A stretch of DNA of 64,000 nucleotides from an uncultured SAR86 cluster bacterium (lineage in GTDB: Bacteria > Pseudomonadota > Gammaproteobacteria > Magnimaribacterales > TMED112), in assembly GCA_902535365.1 (NCBI GenBank), contig CACATF010000001.1, positions 248,765 through 312,764 of the forward strand. The letters run 5' to 3'. The notes under the pieces were generated by a model, which worked only from the letters and a program-made list of their open reading frames with translations, was not told where the DNA came from and ran no database searches. Every line of letters starts with the position of its first letter. Positions within the stretch are counted from its first letter, which is position 1. A program made the translations under genes and the position numbers. Below are positions 50,331 through 59,538 of this stretch, piece after piece.

Positions 50331-51399
50331 TAGTAGAAGTAGCCTCATATTTATTGGTCCTATAGCATTAAAGGGTAAAGCAGCTCTTGGTGGTTTCGAG
50401 AGTGCTAATCGGAATATGATTGATTTTTTAGAAAGAAATAATATCGAAGTCAAAGAAAAAAGGTATCCTGATGCAAGAAGCAATATTCTTAAAAAATTAA
50501 GCCAATATTTGCTTAGGTACCTTAATATCTATATAAGTTGCATCCTGATGAGAAAGAAGGATATCTTGTGCGCAACTCCTATGAATAGAAGATTTATTTT
50601 TTTGGAATTGATTTATTTCATAATTGCAAAATTTAAGAAAAATAAAATAATTATAATAATGAAAGGTGGTAGACAGATTGATGATTACAATAGGTTTAGC
50701 TCAATTTACAAATTACTTTATAGGTTTATCATAAGGTCTGCCAACTTAGTTTTTTATGAAATAAAAGATTATTCATATTTTGAAAAATACAAAAGTAATG
50801 GTGCAAAATTTATCTACCTTCCAAATTGTTCAGAGCACATACACCATAAAAACAATAAACAAAGCCATTCCTTCTTATACGTGGGCTTGATAAATGAAGA
50901 CAAAGGTTGCCTTCATGCAATAAATACCTTCAAAAAAATAAAGAATTCATTAATAAATGCTGAATTAAATTTTGTTGGAAGATGCAGTAGAGGTATGCAA
51001 GAAAAAATAAATCAAAATAAACATCTTGATATAAATTATCTTGGAGAAAAAAGTGTGCATGAGCTTAAAGATATTTATGCAAAACATCAGTTCTTTATTT
51101 TTTTATCAAAGTACTATGGAGAAGGCCAGTCAGTAGCTCTTACTGAATCACTAAACTATGGCTGCATACCAATTGTAACAATCCATAGAGGAAATGCTGA
51201 TGTTATAGGAGAATATGGAATTGCATTTGAGGATAGAGATAATTTTGAACAAAATTCAAAACAAATAATAAATTATATAAAGACTAGTAATTTACATGAA
51301 CAAAAAGAATATTACATTAACCATTTTAAAAAAAATTACTCTAATGATTTCGTATTAAAAAGATTCTTGGATGGCTATAAAATATTAGTTAAAGATTGA
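50320..51399 (+). CDS. GT4 family glycosyltransferase
   Basis: FLYVG.I...KG, EGQSVALTES...G..PI; start ATG 50320. Confidence 0.85.
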   Translation: MKNNSRSSLIFIGPIALKGKAALGGFESANRNMIDFLERNNIEVKEKRYPDARSNILKKLSQYLLRYLNIYISCILMRKKDILCATPMNRRFIFLELIYFIIAKFKKNKIIIIMKGGRQIDDYNRFSSIYKLLYRFIIRSANLVFYEIKDYSYFEKYKSNGAKFIYLPNCSEHIHHKNNKQSHSFLYVGLINEDKGCLHAINTFKKIKNSLINAELNFVGRCSRGMQEKINQNKHLDINYLGEKSVHELKDIYAKHQFFIFLSKYYGEGQSVALTESLNYGCIPIVTIHRGNADVIGEYGIAFEDRDNFEQNSKQIINYIKTSNLHEQKEYYINHFKKNYSNDFVLKRFLDGYKILVKD

Positions 51400-51405
51400 G
51401 ATAAT

Positions 51406-53205
51406 GTGATGAAAAAAGTTCTTTGGTATTTATACAGAATAAGATCCATGTCTTTTTTTGAAATAATTCACAGATTCAAAGAAATTGCTTTTAGGCAGTT
51501 ATTTAAATCGAACTTCATGAGAAAGAATCTTTCATCTTCTTTTGTGTTCATTAATAATGCGAAATTTAGGGATTTATTTGTTTCACTCCCATTAGAAAAA
51601 AAAAATAAATTAATAGAACGGGCTGAGGGAATTATAGAGGGTAAATTTGATTTTCTTGGCATTGATATTGATTTAAACAGTTATGAAAGCTTAGAAGTAA
51701 ATGATTTGTGGTTCTATGATTTTATCCATAATAAAAAACACACTCATCAGACGGCAACTAATAAGATAAATTATAAAAATAGAGATGACATATGTGATAT
51801 GAAGTTTATCTGGGAAGTGCATCGCCTTTATATTGTTCAAGATTTAAGTGTTGCCTATTTTCTAACAGGCAATGAAAAATTTTTAAAAAATGCTACAACA
51901 TATGTAAAAAGCTGGTTATCAAATAATAAAGTAAATTTTGGACCAGGATGGAATTCAGGCATTGAGATCTCAATCAGATCAGTTTCACTCCTCATTTTTT
52001 TATCATTATGTGAGAAAAAAATTGAAAAAAAACTTTTAACTAAAGTTTTTAACTGCTTAGAATATTCAAGATTATATCTTAACTTATTCCCCTCTCTTTT
52101 TTCTTCAGCTAATAATCATTTAGTTGCTGAAATTGTCGGCAAGTTAGCAATTGAAAGCTTTACAGATTATGATCAGCTTAAAACAAAAAAACTGTTTTGT
52201 GATTTAGATAATGAAATTTCTAAACAAATACTATGTGATGGTGTCCCAGCTGAACAATCGCCTACTTATGGAGCATTCACATTAGAGTTTTATTGGTTGG
52301 CTCATCACTTATTCGGAAAAAATATATCTGTTAAGAACAATATAGTTAACTTCAAGAATTTTATTTTTAACATTCGGCAAGGAAGTAAAACAGCATCAAT
52401 TGGAGATGATGATGAGGGATATGTTCTTTCTTTTAACAGGTCAACAGATTATGCTGCTGAAATTTGTAATTTATTCAGTACGGAAACGAAAAAATCATCC
52501 ATAAAGACTTTTGAGGAAGGGGGTTATTCTGTAGTTCATAATCAAGGTTGGGATATCATTTTTGATCATGGACCACTTGGTTACTTGTCAATTTGTGCTC
52601 ATGGTCATTCTGATGCTCTTTCACTACTAATGAGTTATAACCATAAAAATGTACTCATTGATGCGGGGACATATCTTTACCATGGTGGCGGGAATATTCG
52701 TAATAAATATAGAAGTACCGCAATGCATAATACCTTAAATATAAATAATGAAAGTCAAAGCACAATATCAGGACATTTTAATTGGAGTAAAAAAGCAAAA
52801 TCGTTTTTAGTAGCGTCTAAAGCTATGGAAGATGATTGGTTTTTTGTTGCTCAGCAAAATGGCTATAAAAAGAAATTTAAAGTTACCCATGAAAGAAAGC
52901 TGAGCATGCAAAATAACTCTATTTTCGTTGAAGATAGGTTTCTGGAGGATATTGATGTAACAAGCAATATTAATTGGTTATTATCACCGGAAGTTATTAT
53001 TGAAAAGCATACAGACTTTCTTATCCTCATTATTGAGGGAGGTCAGAAAATAAAGGTAGAATTTCCAAATTCTGGAACAATAAATATCAATAAAACTTAT
53101 TTCTCACCATCCTTCAATAAACAAGTCTCCACCACTCAAATTTCATGGACAGGACAGGTAGGATCCACATATATTTCTACAAAATTCACTCCTATATATG
53201 AATAA
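51406..53205 (+). CDS. Heparinase II/III family protein
   Basis: WE.HR, E.SIR, SANNHL.AE, EQS..Y, GD.D.G, HGHSDALS, DAGTYLY, RST.MHNT. Confidence 0.88.
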   Translation: MMKKVLWYLYRIRSMSFFEIIHRFKEIAFRQLFKSNFMRKNLSSSFVFINNAKFRDLFVSLPLEKKNKLIERAEGIIEGKFDFLGIDIDLNSYESLEVNDLWFYDFIHNKKHTHQTATNKINYKNRDDICDMKFIWEVHRLYIVQDLSVAYFLTGNEKFLKNATTYVKSWLSNNKVNFGPGWNSGIEISIRSVSLLIFLSLCEKKIEKKLLTKVFNCLEYSRLYLNLFPSLFSSANNHLVAEIVGKLAIESFTDYDQLKTKKLFCDLDNEISKQILCDGVPAEQSPTYGAFTLEFYWLAHHLFGKNISVKNNIVNFKNFIFNIRQGSKTASIGDDDEGYVLSFNRSTDYAAEICNLFSTETKKSSIKTFEEGGYSVVHNQGWDIIFDHGPLGYLSICAHGHSDALSLLMSYNHKNVLIDAGTYLYHGGGNIRNKYRSTAMHNTLNINNESQSTISGHFNWSKKAKSFLVASKAMEDDWFFVAQQNGYKKKFKVTHERKLSMQNNSIFVEDRFLEDIDVTSNINWLLSPEVIIEKHTDFLILIIEGGQKIKVEFPNSGTININKTYFSPSFNKQVSTTQISWTGQVGSTYISTKFTPIYE

Positions 53206-53255
53206 AAATTACACCTAAATAGTATTGAGATCAAAAGCGCTTTATAATTAAAGCT

Positions 53256-54515
53256 GTGCGATTGTTTGGTGTCATTCATTTCTTTAGTGTTTTGCTAGTT
53301 TTTGGGTTGGTGCTGTATGCCTATGTTGAGTTAAACAATTTTTACATTCTTTTGCTTTCATTAATGTTCCCAGTAATGTTCACAGCCCATATTTTCTTTC
53401 AACCTTACAAGACTTCTCATGCGGTTGGTAATAAATTATTACGTGCAATATCATCATGGGCCACTATATACCTTTTCATTGTTCTAGTATTCTTCTTATC
53501 AAAGACAGGATCAGAGTTTTCAAGAATTGGTGTTACAACAAGTTTTATTTTTGCCGCTTTTTTTGATTTTGTTTTAATTATTCTGCGAGATTATATAGGC
53601 AAACATAATTTAGATTCTGTTTTAATTATTTCTAATGATAAAGAAAAGTATCAAAGACTAAATAAATCTTTTTATGGTTTAAAGGTTTTGGATATTCTTG
53701 AGCCAGATGAAGAACTAAATATTGAAAATATTGTAAGTAGCTATGCGCCGGATAAGTTAATTATAGATGCCAAAAAAAACTTCCTTAATAGGGTTTCTCA
53801 CGATCTTCTTGATTTAAGGTGCGAAGTAATTGTTGTCCCAAGCTTTCTTGATGATATTTATACAAACAATAGAACAACAAAAATTTTTGGCATGTTTGCT
53901 TTCCAAACAACTAAACCAAGTTACAGAAATGTAGACGAACTTTTGTTGAAGAGGTTTTTTGATATTTTAACAGCTCTAGTGCTTTTAATTCTTTTTTCAC
54001 CCTTATTTGTTCTTGTATCTTTCCTGATAAAAATTACCTCTTATGGCCCCATATTGTTTATTCAACAAAGGCATGGAAAAAATGGAAGAATTTTTAATTT
54101 ATATAAGTTTAGATCAATGAAAGTTGAGAAGGATGATAAATTTTCACAAGCTAGGCGCCATGATCCAAGAGTAACTCTAGTTGGAAGGTTCATTAGAAGA
54201 ACATCCATTGATGAATTGCCACAATTATTCAATATCTTAAAAGGCGATATGTCATTGGTTGGTCCAAGACCACATGCAATTGAACATAATCAGATGTATG
54301 CAAATAAGATAAGGAATTTTATGAGTAGACATAATGTAGTTCCAGGAATGACCGGCCTTGCACAAATACGAGGGCAAAGAGGAGAAGCCAATGAAGAGAA
54401 TATGAAGAATAGATTTAATTCTGACATGGAATACATTCAGAATTGGTCACTATTCCAAGATATCAAAATACTATTTTTAACAATACCATCGCTTTTTAAC
54501 AAAAATATATATTAA
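53256..54515 (+). CDS. Undecaprenyl-phosphate sugar phosphotransferase (WcaJ-like priming transferase)
   Basis: KRFFD, YKFRSM, DPRVTLVGRFIRRTSIDELPQLFNILKGDMSLVGPRP, PGMTGLAQ. Confidence 0.93.
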   Translation: MRLFGVIHFFSVLLVFGLVLYAYVELNNFYILLLSLMFPVMFTAHIFFQPYKTSHAVGNKLLRAISSWATIYLFIVLVFFLSKTGSEFSRIGVTTSFIFAAFFDFVLIILRDYIGKHNLDSVLIISNDKEKYQRLNKSFYGLKVLDILEPDEELNIENIVSSYAPDKLIIDAKKNFLNRVSHDLLDLRCEVIVVPSFLDDIYTNNRTTKIFGMFAFQTTKPSYRNVDELLLKRFFDILTALVLLILFSPLFVLVSFLIKITSYGPILFIQQRHGKNGRIFNLYKFRSMKVEKDDKFSQARRHDPRVTLVGRFIRRTSIDELPQLFNILKGDMSLVGPRPHAIEHNQMYANKIRNFMSRHNVVPGMTGLAQIRGQRGEANEENMKNRFNSDMEYIQNWSLFQDIKILFLTIPSLFNKNIY

Positions 54516-54526
54516 ATAAATTCAAT

Positions 54527-56491
54527 ATGAGTATCAGATCATTTTTTACTTCTAGGAATTTTACAGTCTTAGTTCTTTTATTGAGCAAAATTATATTTGG
54601 TAATGCAGAAACCATTAACAATATGGGGACTGTGGGGCTTTCAAATAATCCCACTGCAAGATTTCACTCTGAAGGTTCAGTATCCATGCATCTTGTTAGA
54701 CAGCAGGAATTCTCAAGAATAAACATTGTTGCACAACCTTATGAATGGGCGGAATTCTCCATATTTTATGCAGATGTATTTGAAGGAGAATATCCAGCAT
54801 CTATAAATCAATCTTACAAAGATAAGGGCTTTAACATGAAATTAAGACTTTATGAAGAGACTGAAAATATGCCACAAATTGCTCTAGGATTTTCAGATTT
54901 TGCAGGAACAGGACTGTTTTCAGGTGAATATATTGTCGCGAGCAAGAGATTTGGTAATTTTGATATATCTGGGGGTATTGGATGGGGCATATATGCCAAT
55001 GGAATTAAATTTGATAATCCACTAATTGAGCTTAGCAAGAGTTTTAAGACAAGAAATTTTTTATATGACTCAGTTGGAGAATTTGATGCCGATGATTACT
55101 TTTCTGGCAGTGATAGTTCAATATTTCTATCAGCCTCTTATCATTTTGGTAAAAACCTTATTTTTGTTGAATTAGATTCTGTAGGGTATAAGTTCAATAA
55201 ACTTAACGAGCTACAAGATTACTCTGATTATAAATTTGGATATAAAAACACTGATTTTTTTGGAGCAATTTTGGGCCTAGAAGTTGATGACAAAGGTAAA
55301 GTTAACTTTCAAATTGAATCTACCTTCAATATATCTAAATTAAATACTAATGCACCCAACATAAGCAAAAAAAATGATTCAAGGCTTATTAATTTTTTAA
55401 TTAATACCCAGGATAATAATATTTCTGTCAATGAAATAGAATCAAATGCTAAAGATCAACTAATTGTATCTATCAGGCAAAAATCTTATTCAAATATAAG
55501 TGATGCAAATGATGTTATTTTAAAGTCACTTGAAAATTCGAACATTCATGAATTTAACGAAATAATTGTAAAAAACTATCTCTTAGGGAAAGAAATAACA
55601 AAAGACTTCTATACAGACGAAACTAAAGGTTTTTATGAACAGGCTGTTTTAGGCAAAAATAAAATATTTAAGAGACCAAATGAATATCCATTTTTTACTG
55701 GAAGATTTTCTCCTGATCTAAGGTTGTTATTGGGTGCAAGAGAAGGTTTTTTATACCAAGGCCTATTTTTAAAATATGACTCAGAATTATTTTTTAATGA
55801 AAATACCTTTATTGACACAACTTTAAGACTATCTTTATCTAATAATTTTGATGGTCTGTTTATACCACCTGTCACAACTTATCCTGAACAGGTAAGATCA
55901 GATGTTAAAGAGTATCTAAAAGGATTTAATGATGGTTTAGCAGTTTCAAAGTTATTAATATCAAATTTCCAAAAATATCAAGATAACTACTTTCTTTTTA
56001 ATGCAGGGCTTTATGAAGAAATGTTTGGTGGATTTGGTTTTGAATACCTTAATTTTTCTAGAAAAAGAACTTTTGCATATGGTTTAGAAATACATAAAGT
56101 AAAAAAAAGAGCATATGACCATAGATTTGAGTTTTTAGATTACAAGACAACAACAGGGCATTTAAATCTTTACCATCATTACCAACCCCTCAATCTTGTA
56201 ACACATATTTCTTGGGGGCAGTATTTAGCTGGCGATGAAGGCCTAACATTTGACATGCATAAAAGATTTAAAAATGGAGCCAAGATTGGAGCATACTTCT
56301 CTTTAACAGACGTAAGTTTTGAAGATTATGGAGAAGGCTCTTTCACAAAAGGGGTTTACATTTCAGTACCATTTGATCCATTTGGTTTTGGCACTTCTAC
56401 AAATTTTAATTGGACACCTTTAACAAAAGATCCTGCACAAAAGCTATTAGTCAATAGAATCTTTAATTATATAGATAGATATGCTTTTTAA
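54527..56491 (+). CDS. YjbH/GfcD family exopolysaccharide outer-membrane protein
   Basis: G.VGL...PTARF, YKDKG...KLRL..E....PQIA.G..D.AGTG.F.GEYIVASK, EEMFGG.G.E, GQYLAGD.G, YGEGSFTKG.YIS.PF. Confidence 0.9.
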   Translation: MSIRSFFTSRNFTVLVLLLSKIIFGNAETINNMGTVGLSNNPTARFHSEGSVSMHLVRQQEFSRINIVAQPYEWAEFSIFYADVFEGEYPASINQSYKDKGFNMKLRLYEETENMPQIALGFSDFAGTGLFSGEYIVASKRFGNFDISGGIGWGIYANGIKFDNPLIELSKSFKTRNFLYDSVGEFDADDYFSGSDSSIFLSASYHFGKNLIFVELDSVGYKFNKLNELQDYSDYKFGYKNTDFFGAILGLEVDDKGKVNFQIESTFNISKLNTNAPNISKKNDSRLINFLINTQDNNISVNEIESNAKDQLIVSIRQKSYSNISDANDVILKSLENSNIHEFNEIIVKNYLLGKEITKDFYTDETKGFYEQAVLGKNKIFKRPNEYPFFTGRFSPDLRLLLGAREGFLYQGLFLKYDSELFFNENTFIDTTLRLSLSNNFDGLFIPPVTTYPEQVRSDVKEYLKGFNDGLAVSKLLISNFQKYQDNYFLFNAGLYEEMFGGFGFEYLNFSRKRTFAYGLEIHKVKKRAYDHRFEFLDYKTTTGHLNLYHHYQPLNLVTHISWGQYLAGDEGLTFDMHKRFKNGAKIGAYFSLTDVSFEDYGEGSFTKGVYISVPFDPFGFGTSTNFNWTPLTKDPAQKLLVNRIFNYIDRYAF

Positions 56492-56494
56492 TCA

Positions 56495-56528
56495 TTAAAA
56501 AAATGGGCATGAATGCCCATTTTTTTAA
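56495..56528. terminator. Bidirectional rho-independent terminator
   Basis: Perfect inverted repeat TTAAAAAAATGGGCAT-GA-ATGCCCATTTTTTTAA between convergent genes, T-tract on both strands. Confidence 0.9.
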
Positions 56529-56540
56529 GTAATTGATTGT

Positions 56541-56795
56541 TTAATTAGTTGTTGCTGTTCCAGTTCCTGAATCTGATGAGACAGATGATAACAAGGCTAT
56601 GCCTACACCCCATACTAAAAAAGGAGTTAAATCTTCTGCTTCCAATTCATCAAAGTCTATTAGCACTCCATCATCTTCAGATTCTTGAGTCATAGATTCG
56701 GTTTCAATTTCCTGAGATTCAACTGTTTCAGCTTCTTCTGAAAACATGAAAAAACTCAGTAGAAATACAACTGGTATTAAAAGTAATTTATTCAT
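56541..56795 (-). CDS. Small exported acidic protein with Ser/Thr-rich tail (YjbE/GfcA-like)
   Basis: Signal peptide, Glu/Asp-rich middle, hydrophobic stretch, then SSVSSDSGTGTATTN; own promoter TTGAAA-17-TACTAT; convergent with the yjbH-like gene. Confidence 0.6.
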   Translation of the reverse strand: MNKLLLIPVVFLLSFFMFSEEAETVESQEIETESMTQESEDDGVLIDFDELEAEDLTPFLVWGVGIALLSSVSSDSGTGTATTN

Positions 56796-56830
56796 AACAT
56801 AATAGTAAGCATCTTTTTAAGCAATTTCAA
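56796..56830 (-). promoter_or_regulatory. sigma70 promoter, probably leaderless
   Basis: Minus strand TTGAAA (56830-56825), 17 nt, TACTAT (56807-56802), 6 nt, ATG 56795. Confidence 0.65.
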
Positions 56831-56928
56831 ATAAAAAACTAATGTCTAGCAGCATTTATCTTCTATTAAAACAAACTAAAAACACTTCATTTAAACATAA
56901 ACATTTATATTTTTAATATAATGCTCCT

Positions 56929-59538
56929 ATGAAACATCAACCAGATAAACAAGATGACCTTATTGATTGGATTGATGCGCTAGAAAACTTAATCCTGTTC
57001 AATGGTGAAAAAGATGCAAGCAGAATAGTTAATGAATTCATTTCTTATGCTAGCAACCAAGGTCTTGTTGATAACCAAAGTCAATATTTGCCATTTGAGA
57101 ATACGATATCTTCTAGCTCTGAGGTTCCCTATCCTGGTGATTTTGACATTGAAACAAAGATAAGGCATTACATTCGATGGAATGCTTTAATAACAGTTCT
57201 TAAGGCTAACAATAACGATGATTTAGGTGGGCATATTTCAACTTATTCATCAGCTGCAACCTTATATGAAACAGGATTCAACCATTTTTTTAAAGGTTAT
57301 GGAAAAGGATTGGGAGATTTAATCTATTATCAAGGCCACTCTTCTCCAGGGATATATGCACGTTCTTTTCTTGAAGGAAATTTAACCGAAGAGAATTTAG
57401 ATAATTTTAGGAGAGAGATAAATGGAAATGGATTGTCATCTTACCCTCATCCCTGGTTGATGCCAAAATATTGGCAATTCCCAACAGTTTCTATGGGTTT
57501 GGGTCCAATAATGTCAATTTATCAGGCACATGTAATGAAGTATCTTGAATCGAGAAAATTATTAAAATATGAAAATCGTAAAATATGGATGTTCTGTGGT
57601 GATGGAGAAATGGATGAACCAGAGTCACTTGGAGCAATATCTTTGGCAGCTAGAGAAAACTTAGATAATCTAATTTTTGTTATAAATTGCAATTTACAAC
57701 GTTTAGATGGGCCTGTAAGAGGCAATTCAAGAATTGTTACTGAATTGGGAGAGATTTTTCAAGCTGCTGGCTGGAATGTAATAAATCTCATATGGGGAAG
57801 AAAATGGGATGATTTGTTGGAGCGAGATGTAACTGGAGCTCTTAGATGGGTAATGAATAATACTGTAGATGGGGAATATCAAAACTTCAAAGCAAAGGGA
57901 GGAGCATATACTAGGAAACATTTCTTTGGTAAACATCCAGAGGCATTGAAGCTTGTAGAGCATATGACAGACAAAGAAATTGAAGAACTTAATAGGGGTG
58001 GACATGACCCAATCAAAGTTTTTAACGCATATAAAAAAGCTTATGAAACAAAAGGCAAGCCTTCGGTTATTCTTGCCTTCACGATTAAAGGTTATGGTAT
58101 CGGCTCAAGGCAAGCTGACAATACGACTCATCAAGTAAAAAAATTGAGTCAAGAAAATTTAAAATCCTTCATCAATAACTTTAATTTGCCAATTGAAGAA
58201 AATGATCTTGATGATTTGCCATATTTAAAATTCGAAAAGGATTCAGCTGAGTTTAAATATCTTATTAGACAAAGACAAAATCTTGGAGGCTTCTTACCAA
58301 TACGACCTAATGAAAATAAGACGCTGTCATTAAACAGCAATGAACATTTCAAAGAATTTAATACTGAAACCAAAAGAGAAATGTCCACAACAATGGTTTT
58401 TGTTCGTTTATTAACTTCTTTATTACGAGATAAGAATTTAGGCCAATATGTTGTTCCAATTGTTCCCGATGAGGCGCGAACATTTGGGATGGATGGTCTT
58501 TTTAGACAATTTGGTATTTATAGCTCTGAGGGGCAAAAATATACTCCAGAGGATGCTGATAAGGTTATGTGGTATCGTGAATCAAAAGATGGAGTAATGT
58601 TAGAAGAGGGTATAAATGAGGCAGGGGCCTTTTCTGCATGGCTTGCATTAGCAACGTCTTATTCAACAAATAAGTTGCCAATGATCCCTTTTTATATTTA
58701 TTACTCAATGTTTGGTTTTCAAAGGATTCACGACTTAGCATGGGCAGCAGGAGATGCGCGAGCAAGAGGTTTTTTGCTTGGAGCAACATCAGGCAGAACG
58801 ACATTGAACGGTGAGGGCTTGCAGCATCAAGATGGACATAGTCACTTGCTAGCTCAAACTATACCCAATTGTAAATCTTATGATCCATGCTTTTCGTATG
58901 AGCTAGCAACAATAGTGCAAGAAGGCATAGAAGACATGTATGGTAAAAATAACGATAACTATTATTACTTGACATTAATGAATGAAAACTATCATCACCC
59001 TGAAAGACCAAAAAAAGCTACAAATGAAGCAATTATGTCTGGAGGTTATAAGTTTCTAGATGCAAAAAAACCTTCAGTAAGATTGCTAGCTTCTGGTGTA
59101 ACTTTGAGATTTGCATTGGAAGCATCAGTAATTTTAGAAAAAATGGATATTAGTTGCGAAGTTTGGAGTATAACAAGTTTTAATGAGCTTGCTAGAGGGG
59201 GCTTAGCTGCTGAAAGAAGCCGTTACATGAATAATAGTAATGATTTATCATACGTTGAGAAGTGCTTCTCAGATGAATTGCCAACAATAGCTGTATCTGA
59301 ATATATGAGAAATTATCCAGAACAAATTAGAAGATTTATTAATGGGAATTATATATGCCTTGGAACTGATGGTTTTGGCAGAAGCGACACCAGAGAAAAC
59401 CTAAGGCAGTTTTTTGAAATCGATAAAGACAATATTGTGTATGCATCATTAATTGCTTTGAGAAATACGAAATTGGCAAAAAGTTATGCTGAAGAGAATG
59501 AATTGGCTTTAAATAAGGACCATCCATGGCAGAAATAA
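56929..59538 (+). CDS. aceE: Pyruvate dehydrogenase E1 component (homodimeric)
   Basis: GGHISTYSS, SSYPHPWLMP.YWQFPTVSMGLGP, GDGEMDEPES, RTTLNGEGLQHQDGHS. Confidence 0.98.
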   Translation: MKHQPDKQDDLIDWIDALENLILFNGEKDASRIVNEFISYASNQGLVDNQSQYLPFENTISSSSEVPYPGDFDIETKIRHYIRWNALITVLKANNNDDLGGHISTYSSAATLYETGFNHFFKGYGKGLGDLIYYQGHSSPGIYARSFLEGNLTEENLDNFRREINGNGLSSYPHPWLMPKYWQFPTVSMGLGPIMSIYQAHVMKYLESRKLLKYENRKIWMFCGDGEMDEPESLGAISLAARENLDNLIFVINCNLQRLDGPVRGNSRIVTELGEIFQAAGWNVINLIWGRKWDDLLERDVTGALRWVMNNTVDGEYQNFKAKGGAYTRKHFFGKHPEALKLVEHMTDKEIEELNRGGHDPIKVFNAYKKAYETKGKPSVILAFTIKGYGIGSRQADNTTHQVKKLSQENLKSFINNFNLPIEENDLDDLPYLKFEKDSAEFKYLIRQRQNLGGFLPIRPNENKTLSLNSNEHFKEFNTETKREMSTTMVFVRLLTSLLRDKNLGQYVVPIVPDEARTFGMDGLFRQFGIYSSEGQKYTPEDADKVMWYRESKDGVMLEEGINEAGAFSAWLALATSYSTNKLPMIPFYIYYSMFGFQRIHDLAWAAGDARARGFLLGATSGRTTLNGEGLQHQDGHSHLLAQTIPNCKSYDPCFSYELATIVQEGIEDMYGKNNDNYYYLTLMNENYHHPERPKKATNEAIMSGGYKFLDAKKPSVRLLASGVTLRFALEASVILEKMDISCEVWSITSFNELARGGLAAERSRYMNNSNDLSYVEKCFSDELPTIAVSEYMRNYPEQIRRFINGNYICLGTDGFGRSDTRENLRQFFEIDKDNIVYASLIALRNTKLAKSYAEENELALNKDHPWQK

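Larger units (their letters stand above)
35272..56800. other. tRNA-anchored flexible genomic island (lasso RiPP + capsule/EPS)
   Basis: Starts right after tRNA-Leu and ends before aceE; visibly more AT-rich with long A/T runs; accessory surface-glycan genes; no integrase seen. Confidence 0.7.

Noticed and set aside
56495-56528. attR-like copy of the tRNA-Leu 3' end (TGGGCA)
   Set aside because: Only 6 nt match and it forms part of a terminator stem; no integrase in the window.
35272-56900. Additional lasso precursors, prophage genes or a CRISPR array
   Set aside because: Intergenic gaps are too short and no second WxxP...T leader, phage structural gene or repeat-spacer pattern was seen by eye.
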